Source: Hyaloraphidium curvatum SAG 235-1
Taxonomy: Eukaryota > Fungi > Monoblepharomycota
Length of the DNA stretch: 64,000 nt
Reading direction: 5' to 3'
NCBI GenBank assembly: GCA_025558095.1
Contig: JAIVFI010000042.1
Coordinates: 124,001-188,000 of the forward strand
This document shows, piece by piece, positions 10,301 through 20,745 of the stretch (positions within the stretch are counted from its first letter, which is position 1; every line of letters starts with the position of its first letter). The position numbers and the translations under genes were made by a program. The notes below the pieces were generated by a model that was not told the origin of the DNA, made no database searches, and was given only the letters and a program-made list of their open reading frames with translations.

Positions 10301-11243
10301 TCAGAGGTTCGCCCTCGGCGCCGGCTTGTCGTCCATCGCCCCGAAGCTCCCGTCCTTGCGCAGGTAGATGCTGTTCTTGGGCGTGGCAAAGAGCCTCCTG
10401 ACCATGGGCTCGAAGTACGACAGCGGCTTGGTCTCGCGCTTGGGGTCGAACGCGGGGGCGTCGTACTTGGCGCAGAACTCAACGACGTAGTCCCTGTCCC
10501 GCGGCAGGTCAGGATAGGGGGGGGGGGGGGGGGGGCGCCGGGGGGTGGGGTTACCAGTAGGGGTGGCCGCGGAACTGGTCGCGGAGGTTGCGGTCCAGGC
10601 CGAGGTAGTGGAAGAAGTAGTAGCCCTGGAACAGGCCGTGCTTCTCGACCATCTTTGGGCGTTGAAAGGCGTCGACGGAGCGTGGTCAGATGGCCGCGAG
10701 CTCCAACACCCTGTACAACCCACAAAGAGGTTCTTCTCCGAGATGAACGGCTTCAAAATCGACGCCGCAATGTCCGGGTGGTTGTAGCTCCCCAGCGTGT
10801 CCCCGATATCGTGCAGCAGGGCACAAACTATGTACTCCTCGTCCCGCCCGTCCTCCTCCGCCAGCTGGGCCGTCTGCAGGCAGTGCGTCAGGCGGTCCAC
10901 GGGGAACCCGCCAAAGTCGCCGTCCAGCAGGCGGAGGTGGTCCAGCACGCGGTCGGCGAGCTTCTGCGAGAACGGGCCGGCGTACGACTTGATGATGTCC
11001 CAGTCCGCCTGCGTGCCGAACTTCATGTCCGTGCTGCGATTCCCGGGGGAAAGAACGATGGGAGAGGCGGCACGGAAGCGGGAACGGGGGCAGGGAAAGA
11101 CGGGAGACAGGTCAGCCGGCCTCGGCATCGCCCGGCGCTCCTGGGGCCCACTAGCTCGCCCGCCTCTCCTCCTCTTTGGCCTCTTCCTGCTGCACGAGCT
11201 TCTTGGCATCGGGCCCAAGGCCCTCGTAGCTCTTGGCGGCCAT
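10301..11243 (-). CDS. HD-domain protein (COG4341/PhnZ-like phosphohydrolase or diiron oxygenase family), intron-containing
   Basis: 'VDRLTHCLQTA...CALLHDIGD...NHPDIAA...MVEKHGLFQGYYFFH...FCAKYDAPAFDP'. Two internal introns. First exon (MAAKSYEG...) is tentative. Ends PAPRANL*. Confidence 0.85.
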
Positions 11244-11660
11244 CGCTGGGGGTTGCGGAGGGGGAGATTGCGAGTGAGGGTGGTGGCTCAGGCGCGGGCG
11301 GCGGCCGAAGCCGCGAGGAATCTTCCTTTCGAACCGGGGCGCAAGCCCCTTCAGTTGTGCGGTTCTCCATCGTTGTACCTCGGATTTCTATCCACAGTGG
11401 ACTCCAGGGCGATTAATGCGGGGTCGAAGCATCGGCGACGACGGATTCGCGGGCAGCAACGCCTGCCCGCCGCCCCGGATGGTCGATCGGACAAGCGTCG
11501 CGACCCATGGCTCGGGCAGATCGCCGGGACGGACGCGGACACGAGCGCCAAGGGCACTAATGCTTCTCCTTACGGACCTGGTGAGTTCAATCGCTCATCA
11601 GTTCCAATCGCTTCAATCGCGCTTATGTACATCCCTCCCCTTTCCTCTCTCCGAGGGCCA

Positions 11661-13361
11661 TCATCCGGGCCCCAACCGCAACCTCCCGTCCTCGATCGCC
11701 CTCTGCAGCTCCCCCGCCACCTCCGCCGGCACCCTCGCGACCTTCTTCCCCTTCTGCGTCCCGGGCGCCCCCGGCTCGGGCGGCACCCCCGCCGCCGCGC
11801 GGCCGTCGACCACGCGGCGCTCCTCCTCCTCGGCCTGCAGCTCCAGGCCCCCTTCGGCCTGTTCGGAGAGGCGCAGGGCGTCGCCGCCGCAGGTGTCGCA
11901 GACCAATGCAGCGCCGGAGGTGAGGGAGCCCAGGTGCCGGCGGAGGAGGCGGTTCTGCTCCTGCAGGCGCGCGTGGACGGATGAGAGGGAGAGGAGCTGC
12001 TGCTCGAGGGTGGAGATGTACTGCGGGACGGAACGCGATCGTCAGTCATGCCATCGGAGGGCGCGGCGCGGCGGACGACCAACCTCCTTCCTCCGCGCGC
12101 GGAAGTTGCGCGCCGAGATCTTGTTCCTCAGCTGCCTCCTCTCCTTGCTCGTCAGCCCCTTTGCGCCCCCCTCCTTGGCCAGATCGTCCTCGTCCAGCCG
12201 CGCCTGCAGGTCCTCGGTCGCACCCACGGGCTGGTTGCTCGCGTGCGGCGGCGCGCCGCGGTGCGCGTGCTGCGACGCGATCAGGGAGTGGATCTCCTGC
12301 AGCGGGTCCTCGTCGTCCGAGGCGTCCGAGGGGTCGGAGGGGGGCGTGGCGGCGCGCTTGGAGGGGGTGGAGCGGGAGCGCTTCGGGGCGGAGGAGGAGG
12401 TCGATGCCGGGGCGGGCTTGGCGCGGGATCGCGGGGCGCGGGATTTCGCGGCGGAGGGACCCGATGCGGAGGGTTTCCGCGCGCGGGTGGGGGCCGGGGG
12501 GTGGAAGGAGGAGGCGGTGGAGGGGGAGATCTCTTCGGGGTCGGGCTTGATCTCGGCGAGGTCGTCGCCCTCGGCGTCAAGATCGTAGTAGGCAGGGCCG
12601 CCATCGGCGGGGAGCGCGTCGCGGTCGAGCATGGCCGAGTCCTGCGATTGCCACGAGAGTGAGGCGGCCAGGCCGCCGGGGCCGGTGGGCAGGCCGCCCA
12701 GACCCCGCGGGTCGACGGTCGCGGGCTCCGGCAGCGGTGCGGGTGCGCCGGCCTGCGGCATCATCAGCGGCGCGGTGATGCCCGACAGCAGCTGCGCGAG
12801 CAGCAGCCGCGACTCGGCGTTGATCCTGTCCAGTGTGAGGTTCGGCAGCAGCTCGTCGGCGTTGCCCGACGAGGTCGCCGACGCCGGACTGCGTGTTGCC
12901 GGCGGGGCCGCGGGCGCGCGCGACGGCACCACGCGCGGCATCACGAGGCCCCTGTGCCGCTCGCCGTGTGCGCGCTGCTCGCCGACCATCGGCCGCGTCG
13001 ACCACGCGGGCGGGCCGGGCGGGATGACGGATGCGCCGCCGGCCAGCGTGATCGGCTGCACGCTGCCCCCGCTGCTGAACGAGGAGGACGGGGCCGGCCT
13101 CCGCCTGTTTGCTTCCAGCACGGCGGAGATGTCGAGCTCGATGTTCAGCGGCGCGGGCGGCGGCAGCGCGGCGTCCGAGAAGCCGGCGGCCTCGAGCAGC
13201 TGCCGCGCGGCCGCGTCGTAGTCGATGTCGTCGGCCGCCGGCGTCGCGCCGTCGCCGCCGAGCTCGCCAAAGTCGAAGAGGTCCGTCGGCGTCGGCGGCG
13301 CGAAGCCCGCGCCCAGAAGCGGGTCGCGCAGCAGCGGGCCGGGCAGCGCGTCGATCTTCAT
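11661..13361 (-). CDS. bZIP transcription factor, 2 exons
   Basis: Basic region KERRQLRNKISARNFRARRKE, intron about 12083-12021, then zipper YISTLEQQLLSLSSVHARLQEQNRLL. Confidence 0.88.
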
Positions 13362-13949
13362 CGTAACCGCACTAAACGGACTGCTTAGGATTCGGTTGGG
13401 TGCTTAAGGTGCCTCGGTGTCGGAGCGAACTGCGCGCGACGGCGTGCCCGCGGGTGTGCGGGGTGCCGGGGGCACCTGCGGTCGCCCAATCCCCCTCAGT
13501 GGCCGCGACGCATGCCCTCGGAGCCGATGCGGAGGTCGGCGGGGGCACGGCGGGGCGCTGAACGCAAGGGAAGCGGGTGGGGAAGTTGTTGGCGCTGTGC
13601 GACTGCGCGCGATTACCCGCGCGTGGCCGGACCCACGCTTGCGCAAGCTCGTACCAATCACGTTCGGAAGCTTGCTACCGGGCCGGCGGACACGGAAGCC
13701 GCATCAGAACTTCGCATCGGGTAGATCTTTCCTGGTTCTGCCGGCATCTGCGGTGCCGAGGCAATCCGGCACCCCGCGGTCCCCCCAAAGCCCCCGATCT
13801 CTGCACATGCTGAGTTTGCGACCGGAGTCCCAATTCCGGGCCGGGACGCAGGTTCCATGGGCGACATCCGCCTTCGATTCCCAATCCTGCGGCTCCTGCC
13901 GCAATCGGACGCTCTCCCGCCCGATCTTGTGCGCCCCGGGCTTGGCGCC

Positions 13950-15135
13950 TCAAGCCTTGAGCTTCTCCAGCACCTCCCTGTTGACCACGTGCTCCGGCAC
14001 CGGCTTCCCGCCCAGCGCATCCAGCACGTTCTGCGCGCTCACGATCGCCACCTTGTCCATGCTATGAAGCAAGGAGGGCGGGGACGAAAGAGAGGGGGGA
14101 AGAGGGAGAAGACGAGAATAACCTGGTCAGCAGGATCCTGTCACGCAGCCCCGCAGCAGGCACCCACCACTCCCTCGTCCCCGTCGCGAAATGCGGGCTC
14201 AGCACGACGTTCAGCCCCTCCTCGAACAGCGGGTGGTCCAGCGGGCTCGGCTCCTTCTCCAGCACGTCCAGCCCCGCGCCAAACAGCCTCCCCTCCTTCA
14301 GCGCCTCGGCCAGCGCGACCTCGTCGACCAGGCCGCCCCGCGCGGTGTTGATCAGGACGGCCGAGGGCTTCATCAGCGCGAGCTCGGGGCGGCCGATCAG
14401 GTTGGTCGTCGTCGGGGATTTGGGCAGGTGCAGGGTGACGATGTCGACGAGGGGGAGGGCGGAGGCGAGGTCCGCGACCGGGGTGCCGCCCATCTCGCGG
14501 ATGGCGTCGGCGGGGATAAAGGGGTCGTAGACCTTGGGAAGCGGTGAGCACATCCAGAGCACGGAAGGCGATCGCGAGACCCACGAGCACATCCATGTCG
14601 AACGCCGCCAGCCTCTTTGCCATTTTCCTCCCGATCCTTCCAAATCCCACGACAAGCGCCGTCTTGCCAGCCAGATCATGGGCGGGGGGCAGCGGCCTCC
14701 ACTTTCCGCTCCGGGCGGCAGCATCGGCCTCCTTTGTTCGCTTCATCACCGCGAGCTGCAACCAGTAGTTCAGCTCACGTCCGGCACGAGGGAGGGAGAG
14801 GGACCGACAAGGAGGGCGAAAGCGCACTCGGCTACTGACCCCGAGTTGGCATCCCCGCACACCAGCAGCGGGATCCCAACCTCCGTCAACCCGTCCACAT
14901 CCACCGTATCGAATCCCACGCCGAACCTGACGACGGCCTTGCACTCCTTCGCGTTCTTGATCACCTCCCTGTTCCACACCCCTAGCCCGAGAATGGCCGA
15001 CGCGCAGTCCGCCGATTCGGCGAGGAGGACGGCGGGGTCGGTGTCCGCTATCTCGCGCACGTCGATGCCGTATTCGCGGAGGAGGGAGACGCCGGGGGCG
15101 GGGAAGCCCCGGAAGACGAGGACTTTGGGAGCCAT
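13950..15135 (-). CDS. D-isomer-specific 2-hydroxyacid dehydrogenase (phosphoglycerate/hydroxypyruvate dehydrogenase family), about 4 exons
   Basis: 'RFGVGFDTVD', 'NSGSVAE', 'GFGRIG', 'LINTARGGLVDE', 'GAGLDV...EP', 'SPH'. Confidence 0.9.
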
Positions 15136-15352
15136 CGCGTGCAGGGAGCGGGTGAGATGAGGACGGGATTTGGGGAGGTGGGAGACAGGCGATCGTGGTG
15201 TCGATCGGGACGTCTCGTGGCGAGCTAGAGGGCGCAAGAGGCGGGTAAAGACAGACAGGAGATGGCAGCAAAGGCAGATTGCGATGTAATTCTAGTACAT
15301 TGGATTTCGGGTATCCGACGCCGGAATCCGCGCGCGGGCAGCCCGCCGGCGC

Positions 15353-16477
15353 TCAATCGGGCAGGATGGCATCCACCTGCCTCCTCACGCCCTCCCTCTC
15401 CGCCTGCGGTTTTCCCTGCGACAGCAGATGCACCAGATGCATCTTCCTCCTCTGCCACACCGCCCTCGCCCCCGCCGGCGGCGCCCCGTCGCGCTTCCGG
15501 CACGCCTGGATCCACTCCAAAATGTACGCATCGCTGAGCGTCAGCGCCTTGCTCAGCTCCATCCCGCCCGACCGCATCAGCATCCCCGCCAGCCCGCGCT
15601 CCGCCGCGCGCCAGAGGGAGATCCGCTCGAGCTGCCCGTCCAGGAGGCCGTCGTTGCGGAGGCCGGCGCCCGCGCGGGCGAGCCACAGCCGCACCCCGGG
15701 GTCGTCCTCGATCCGTTCCGCGGGTGTGTCGCGGATGCTGAACGCGGAAGCGGCGCGGGTGCGGACGAAGGTGACGAGGTCCGGGCCGTACAGGGGGAGC
15801 TTGCTCCGCAGCGCGGCGGCGGGCGGCCTGGAACCGGGCGGATCCGACATGAGGAAGGGGCAGACGAAGCTCGCGGTGCAGACCAGCGACGAGACCAGCA
15901 CGGTGCCCGCGGCGGGATCGAGCGAGGCGTCGAGCACGTAGTCCTCCGCGGCGGGGTAGGACCTGACCCACGCCGGCGGCCAGACCCGCAGATCGGAACT
16001 CCAGTCCTCGATTGCGGGCGCGTCCGATGGTGATGCGCCTTCGCCGCTGCCGTAGAGGCACCAGCTCCGCGAGATCTGGAGGCGGTGGCCCGCCCCTTCC
16101 TCCACGAGCGAAAGGGGGCCAAAGTCGCGGAACCACTTGAGCTCCGCCTCGTCGCCGCCCGCGGATCCGAGCAGCTTAAACGGCGTCTCGAAACAGGACC
16201 TGCCCGCGGGCCGGAACGTGAACCGCCCCCCGTCGAACGACTCGAAGGCAAGGTCCACCACGTTGCCGCTCTCGCCAGGCCGGTCCCAGCCTACCCTCAC
16301 GACATAGCGCCCGCGGCGGAACTTCTCCGACACGGCCTCGTTGCCGAGCGTGCGGAACAGCCGGGAAGCGGAGCGCAGGCCGAGCCAGATGGTTCGGAAG
16401 TCCGCGGCGGCAAAGCACCGGATCCAGAGCTCCGTCGGCAGCGCTTCGAGGTCCATGCCGCGTTCCAAGGGTTCCAA
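15353..16477 (-). CDS. F-box-like domain protein of unknown function
   Basis: N-terminal 'LEALPTELWIRCF...LRSASRLFR' F-box pattern in a 374-aa ORF. Confidence 0.6.
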   Translation of the reverse strand: MEPLERGMDLEALPTELWIRCFAAADFRTIWLGLRSASRLFRTLGNEAVSEKFRRGRYVVRVGWDRPGESGNVVDLAFESFDGGRFTFRPAGRSCFETPFKLLGSAGGDEAELKWFRDFGPLSLVEEGAGHRLQISRSWCLYGSGEGASPSDAPAIEDWSSDLRVWPPAWVRSYPAAEDYVLDASLDPAAGTVLVSSLVCTASFVCPFLMSDPPGSRPPAAALRSKLPLYGPDLVTFVRTRAASAFSIRDTPAERIEDDPGVRLWLARAGAGLRNDGLLDGQLERISLWRAAERGLAGMLMRSGGMELSKALTLSDAYILEWIQACRKRDGAPPAGARAVWQRRKMHLVHLLSQGKPQAEREGVRRQVDAILPD

Positions 16478-16941
16478 AGACGACGAAAATGGCCGGAAGA
16501 ATCTGGTACCGGGTGCGGTAGGCCTCGGCGATCCGCCCGCGAGGAACCGGAATCGGCGGCAGATACCGCGGGCCCGGCGCGGAAATGGGGCTCTTTACGC
16601 TCCGGGGGCGCTTCTGCGCAATAGAGAATGTTCGGCTTCAGCAGTTGCAAACCGCTGTTGCCATTCGGAGGGTCTACTCTGGACACCTTCGGAGGACGAG
16701 TCCGACGCGGCCGCAGCGCCAGACGCCGCTGTACAGCGCAAGACCACCTGTGCTCAAGCTTTCACTCAACGAATCTAATGTAACAGTGGGTATCACGACA
16801 GAGGACAACTAGTAGGTTCCCATCACCCTTTTTCCGCGCTCAGAGCTTGGACGGCGTCCCGCTGCGGGCCTGCCGCTTGCTCCCCCCCTCTCCCGACGAA
16901 GTCGACCTCTCGCGTTTCCGATCATGCTCCCCCGAGCGTAG

Positions 16942-19900
16942 CTAGTCGTCCGCGGCCTCCATCTCCTCGTCGTCGTCGTCGTCGTAAAGGCCGTTGGCGG
17001 GCAGCTTGATGTCCGGGTTCTTCTCGGTCGCGAACTTGAGCTGGTCGTCCGCGCCGAGGGTGACCTTGACGATCTGCCGGTCGCGCAGCTTGCCCGAGAT
17101 GAGCATCTTGCTGAGCGTGGTGACGAGGTTCTTCTCGAGCCACCGCCGCAGGGGCCTGGCGCCGTACTGCGGGTCGTACGCGAGGCCGAGGATGTGGTCG
17201 ACGGCCTTGTCGTCGAGCTCGATCTTGATGCCGCGCTGCTCGAGCCGCTTGGAGATGCTCTTGAGCTGGATGCGGACAATGTCCCGCAGCTGGGCTCGGC
17301 CCAGGGGCGAGAACACGACGATCGAGTCCAGACGGTTGAGCAGCTCGGGCCTGCGGGGACAAAGTCAGCGACGAACAAGGGGTGAAAATTCGACGCCGAA
17401 ACCCACCTCAAGGCCGCGCGCAGGTCCTTCATGACCTTTTCCCTCGTCGCCTCGTCGATCTTGCCGTCAAAGTTGGGGTCCTCGAACAGGTGCTGCAGGT
17501 GGTAGGCGCCGATGTTGCTGGTCATGATGATGACGGCGTTCGTGCAATCCACCGTGCGGCCCTTGCCGTCGGTCAGGCGACCGTCGTCGAGGACCTGCAG
17601 CAGGATGTTCATGACCTGCGGGTGCGCCTTCTCGATTTCGTCGAAGAGGACGACGCTGTAAGGCTTGCGCCGCAGGGTCTCGGTGAGCTGGCCGCCCTCG
17701 TCGTAGCCGACCTGTCAAAGAAAGGAAACGTGAGCGATCCGAGGGTCGCGGAAAGTGGTGTGGGAAACTCACGTAGCCAGGCGGTGCGCCGATGAGCCTC
17801 GAAACTGCGTGCTGCTCCATGTACTCGGACATGTCGATCCGGATCATGGCCTTCTCGTCGTCGAAGAGCTCCGCCGCGAGTGCCTTGGCGAGCTCCGTCT
17901 TGCCGACGCCCGTGGGGCCGAGGAAGAGGAAGCTGCCGATCGGCTGGTTCTCCCTCGCCATGCCGGCGCGGGAGCGGAGTACGGCCTCGGCGACCTCGGT
18001 GACCGCCTCGTCCTGCCCCACCACGCGCTCATGCAGCCGATCCTCGAGCTTGAGGAGCCGGTCCATCTGCGTCCGGCTGAGCTTCTCGACCGGGATGCCC
18101 GTCCACCGGGCGACGACCTCGGCGATCTGGTCGGCGGTGACGACCTCCTTGACCAGCCGCGCCGAGTCGCCTTCGGCCTTGCGCGCCTTTTCCTGCGCCT
18201 CCAGCTCCCGGATCCGCTTCTCGACGTCCGGCACGGCGTAGTAGCGCAGGTCGGCGGCCGTACCCAGGTCGCGCTTGCGCTCAGCGTCGGCGATCTTGTT
18301 CTTGAGGTCGTCGAGCTTCTTCTGGAGCGCCTGGATCTCTGTCACCCGCCCGCGCTCGGCCTCATACTGGGCGCGCAGCGGCTTGAGCTGGTCGTCGATG
18401 CTCGAAATCTCCTCCTTGACCTTCTGCAGCCTCTGCTTGCTCGCCGCGTCCTTCTCCTTGCCCAGCGCCGTGGCCTCGACCTCGAGCTGCAGCCGCTTGC
18501 GCTCCAGGTTGTCGATCACCTCGGGCTGCGAGTCGAGCTGCACGCGCACGTTGGCGCAGGCCTCGTCGACGAGGTCGATGGCCTTGTCGGGGAGGAAACG
18601 GTTGGTGATGTAGCGGTGCGCAAGGGTGGCGGCGGTGACGAGCGCAGAGTCCTGGATCCGCACGCCGTGGTGGGATTCGTAGCGCGCGGCGAGGCCGCGG
18701 AGGATGGAGATGGTGTCGGTGAGGGAGGGTTCGCCGACGTCGACCTGTGGAGGGGGAAAAGGTCAGCAGGGAACAGAGGCAGGCCGGCGACGGTCGACAT
18801 ACCCTCTGGAAACGCCGCTCAAAGGCCGGGTCCTTCTCGACGTACTTGCGGTACTCGTCGATGGTGGTGGCGCCGATGCAGCGCAGCTCGCCCCGCGCAA
18901 GCATGGGCTTGAGCAGGTTGGCCGCGTCCATGGCGCCGTCGGTCTTGCCAGCGCCGAGGACGAGGTGGATCTCGTCGATGAAGAGGATGATGCCGCCCTC
19001 GGCCTCCTTGACCTCCTTCAAGAGCGCCTTGAGCCGCTCCTCGAATTCGCCGCGGTACTTGGCGCCGGCGATGAGGGCGCCCATGTCGAGCGAGTAGAGC
19101 TGGGCCTGGAGGTTCTCGGGCACGTCCTTGCGGACGATGCGCTGTGCGAGGCCCTCGACGATGGCGGTCTTGCCGACACCGGGGTCGCCGACGAGGACAG
19201 GGTTGTTTTTCGTGCGGCGGGAGAGAACGCGAACGACGCTGGGAGGGGAAGGTGTGAGTGACGGGCGCGGCGGGGAGCACGGCTGAGCCTACCGTCTGAT
19301 CTCGTCGTCGCGGCCAATGACGGGGTCGAGCTTCCCCTGCTCGGCCATCTCGGTGAGGTTGACGGCGTACTTGGTCAGGGCCTCGAAGGTCTCCTCGGCG
19401 CTCTTGGTGTCGACCTTCTTGTTGCCGACGACCTTGACCACCGCGTCCTCAATGTCCTTGATCGTGGCGCCCGACTCCTTCAGGGCGTTGGCCACCTGCG
19501 CGTCCTGGAGCAGCGCCGACAGAAGGTGGTTCACGCCCATGAAGGTGTCCTTGGCCTTCTTCTGCAGGTCCACCGCTGCGCGGAGCACCTTGAGCGCGGC
19601 CGAGGAGAGCGACACCTCGTCCGGCGGCGGGTCCTGGGACGGCAGCTTGACCAGCGCCTTCTTGATCGCGCGCTCGGCCTGCTTCGGGTCGCCGCCGGCC
19701 TTCTGCACCACGTTGGCGAGGAAGCGGTCCTGGTCGTCCATCAGGACCGCGGCGAGGTGCAGCGGGGAGATTTGGATGTGCTGCGACTCCGCGGCGAGGT
19801 CGCGGGCGGCAGAGCTGCGGTGTGCGGGGGTGCATGGGGCAAGAGGAGGGCGATTCACGGTGCGGTATGGGAGGCCGAGTCAGCGGAGGTTCGGGAGACG

Positions 19901-19987
19901 GGTGCCGGGACCGGCAGGCGGCAGCGGGAGCGAAACTCACAGCACCGCATTGACTTTGTCGCTGAATTTGTTCGGGTCTATGCTCAT
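16942..19987 (-). CDS. HSP104: Hsp104/ClpB disaggregase, about 6 exons
   Basis: '[14 protein letters not shown]', Walker A GDPGVGKT and GPTGVGKT, '[13 protein letters not shown]', '[10 protein letters not shown]', middle coiled coil, 'YGARPLRR', acidic tail [13 protein letters not shown]. Confidence 0.97.
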
Positions 19988-20049
19988 CGTTGCGTCTGAG
20001 CCTGAAGTCGTGTGTGTGTGGAAGCGAGTTGCGGAGGTGGGCGGGCGTG

Positions 20050-20105
20050 GTCCTATATTGACTTGTCCACGGGGACGGAAGGTTCTAGCAGCTGCGAGAA
20101 CATCC
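20050..20105 (-). promoter_or_regulatory. Putative heat-shock element and TATA-like box upstream of HSP104
   Basis: GAAggTTCtaGcA (20078-20090) and GAAcaTcC (20098-20105) resemble inverted nGAAn units about 90 bp upstream of the HSP104 ATG. A TATA-like run lies at about 20053-20058. Confidence 0.4.
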
Positions 20106-20745
20106 CCTTGCGGACGCTCCGGCTTGGCTCAACCGCCCCAAACAAATGACAAATCACTGTATTAGACATCTTCATTCTGCACCGGTGGCCCGTTTCGTCG
20201 GGCTCCGGCTGTAGGCCGAGGGGTAGCCGGTGACAGCTCACTGTCGTCTCCAAAACTAGTCGACAACTCTTGAGGCCGAATCCAGCAGCCAGACCCCAAA
20301 AGAAGCTATTTGCCCCTCGTTGGCACCCGCCGATGGTGGGCAGGCTGGCCCTGGGCTCCATCCTCGCCTTATCGGCACTAAGGCCGGCGTGGCTTCCAAG
20401 GTTCATGCGGCAATCGGAGGCAACGGCGGGCAGAAGCGCCAGAAAACCGAGGAATCCAGTTTGCATAGCACGATTAGCTACTTCTGGCTCGGCTAACGGC
20501 TCGGATTGGCGTTCTGCCGTGGCCGTACACAGCTGAAGGGTGATCTTCCGAGTGTGGGTCCAGTCGAGCAGGCTCCGCCCTTCGACCGCGCCCCCTCTCG
20601 AAGCGCGGGGCACGCACGAAGCACACGGGGCAACGCTCCGCAGCGCCTGCGGAACGTTCCCGCCGGCCGCCCAGCGGCGCGCGCCCCCGCGGAGTGCCCG
20701 ACGCGACCTCACAGACCGCCACGGCACCGCCGCATCCCTGAAGAA

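Noticed and set aside
10516-10550. Poly-G run, possible G-quadruplex or slippage site
   Set aside because: Lies inside an intron of the HD gene as a C-rich tract; no further support.
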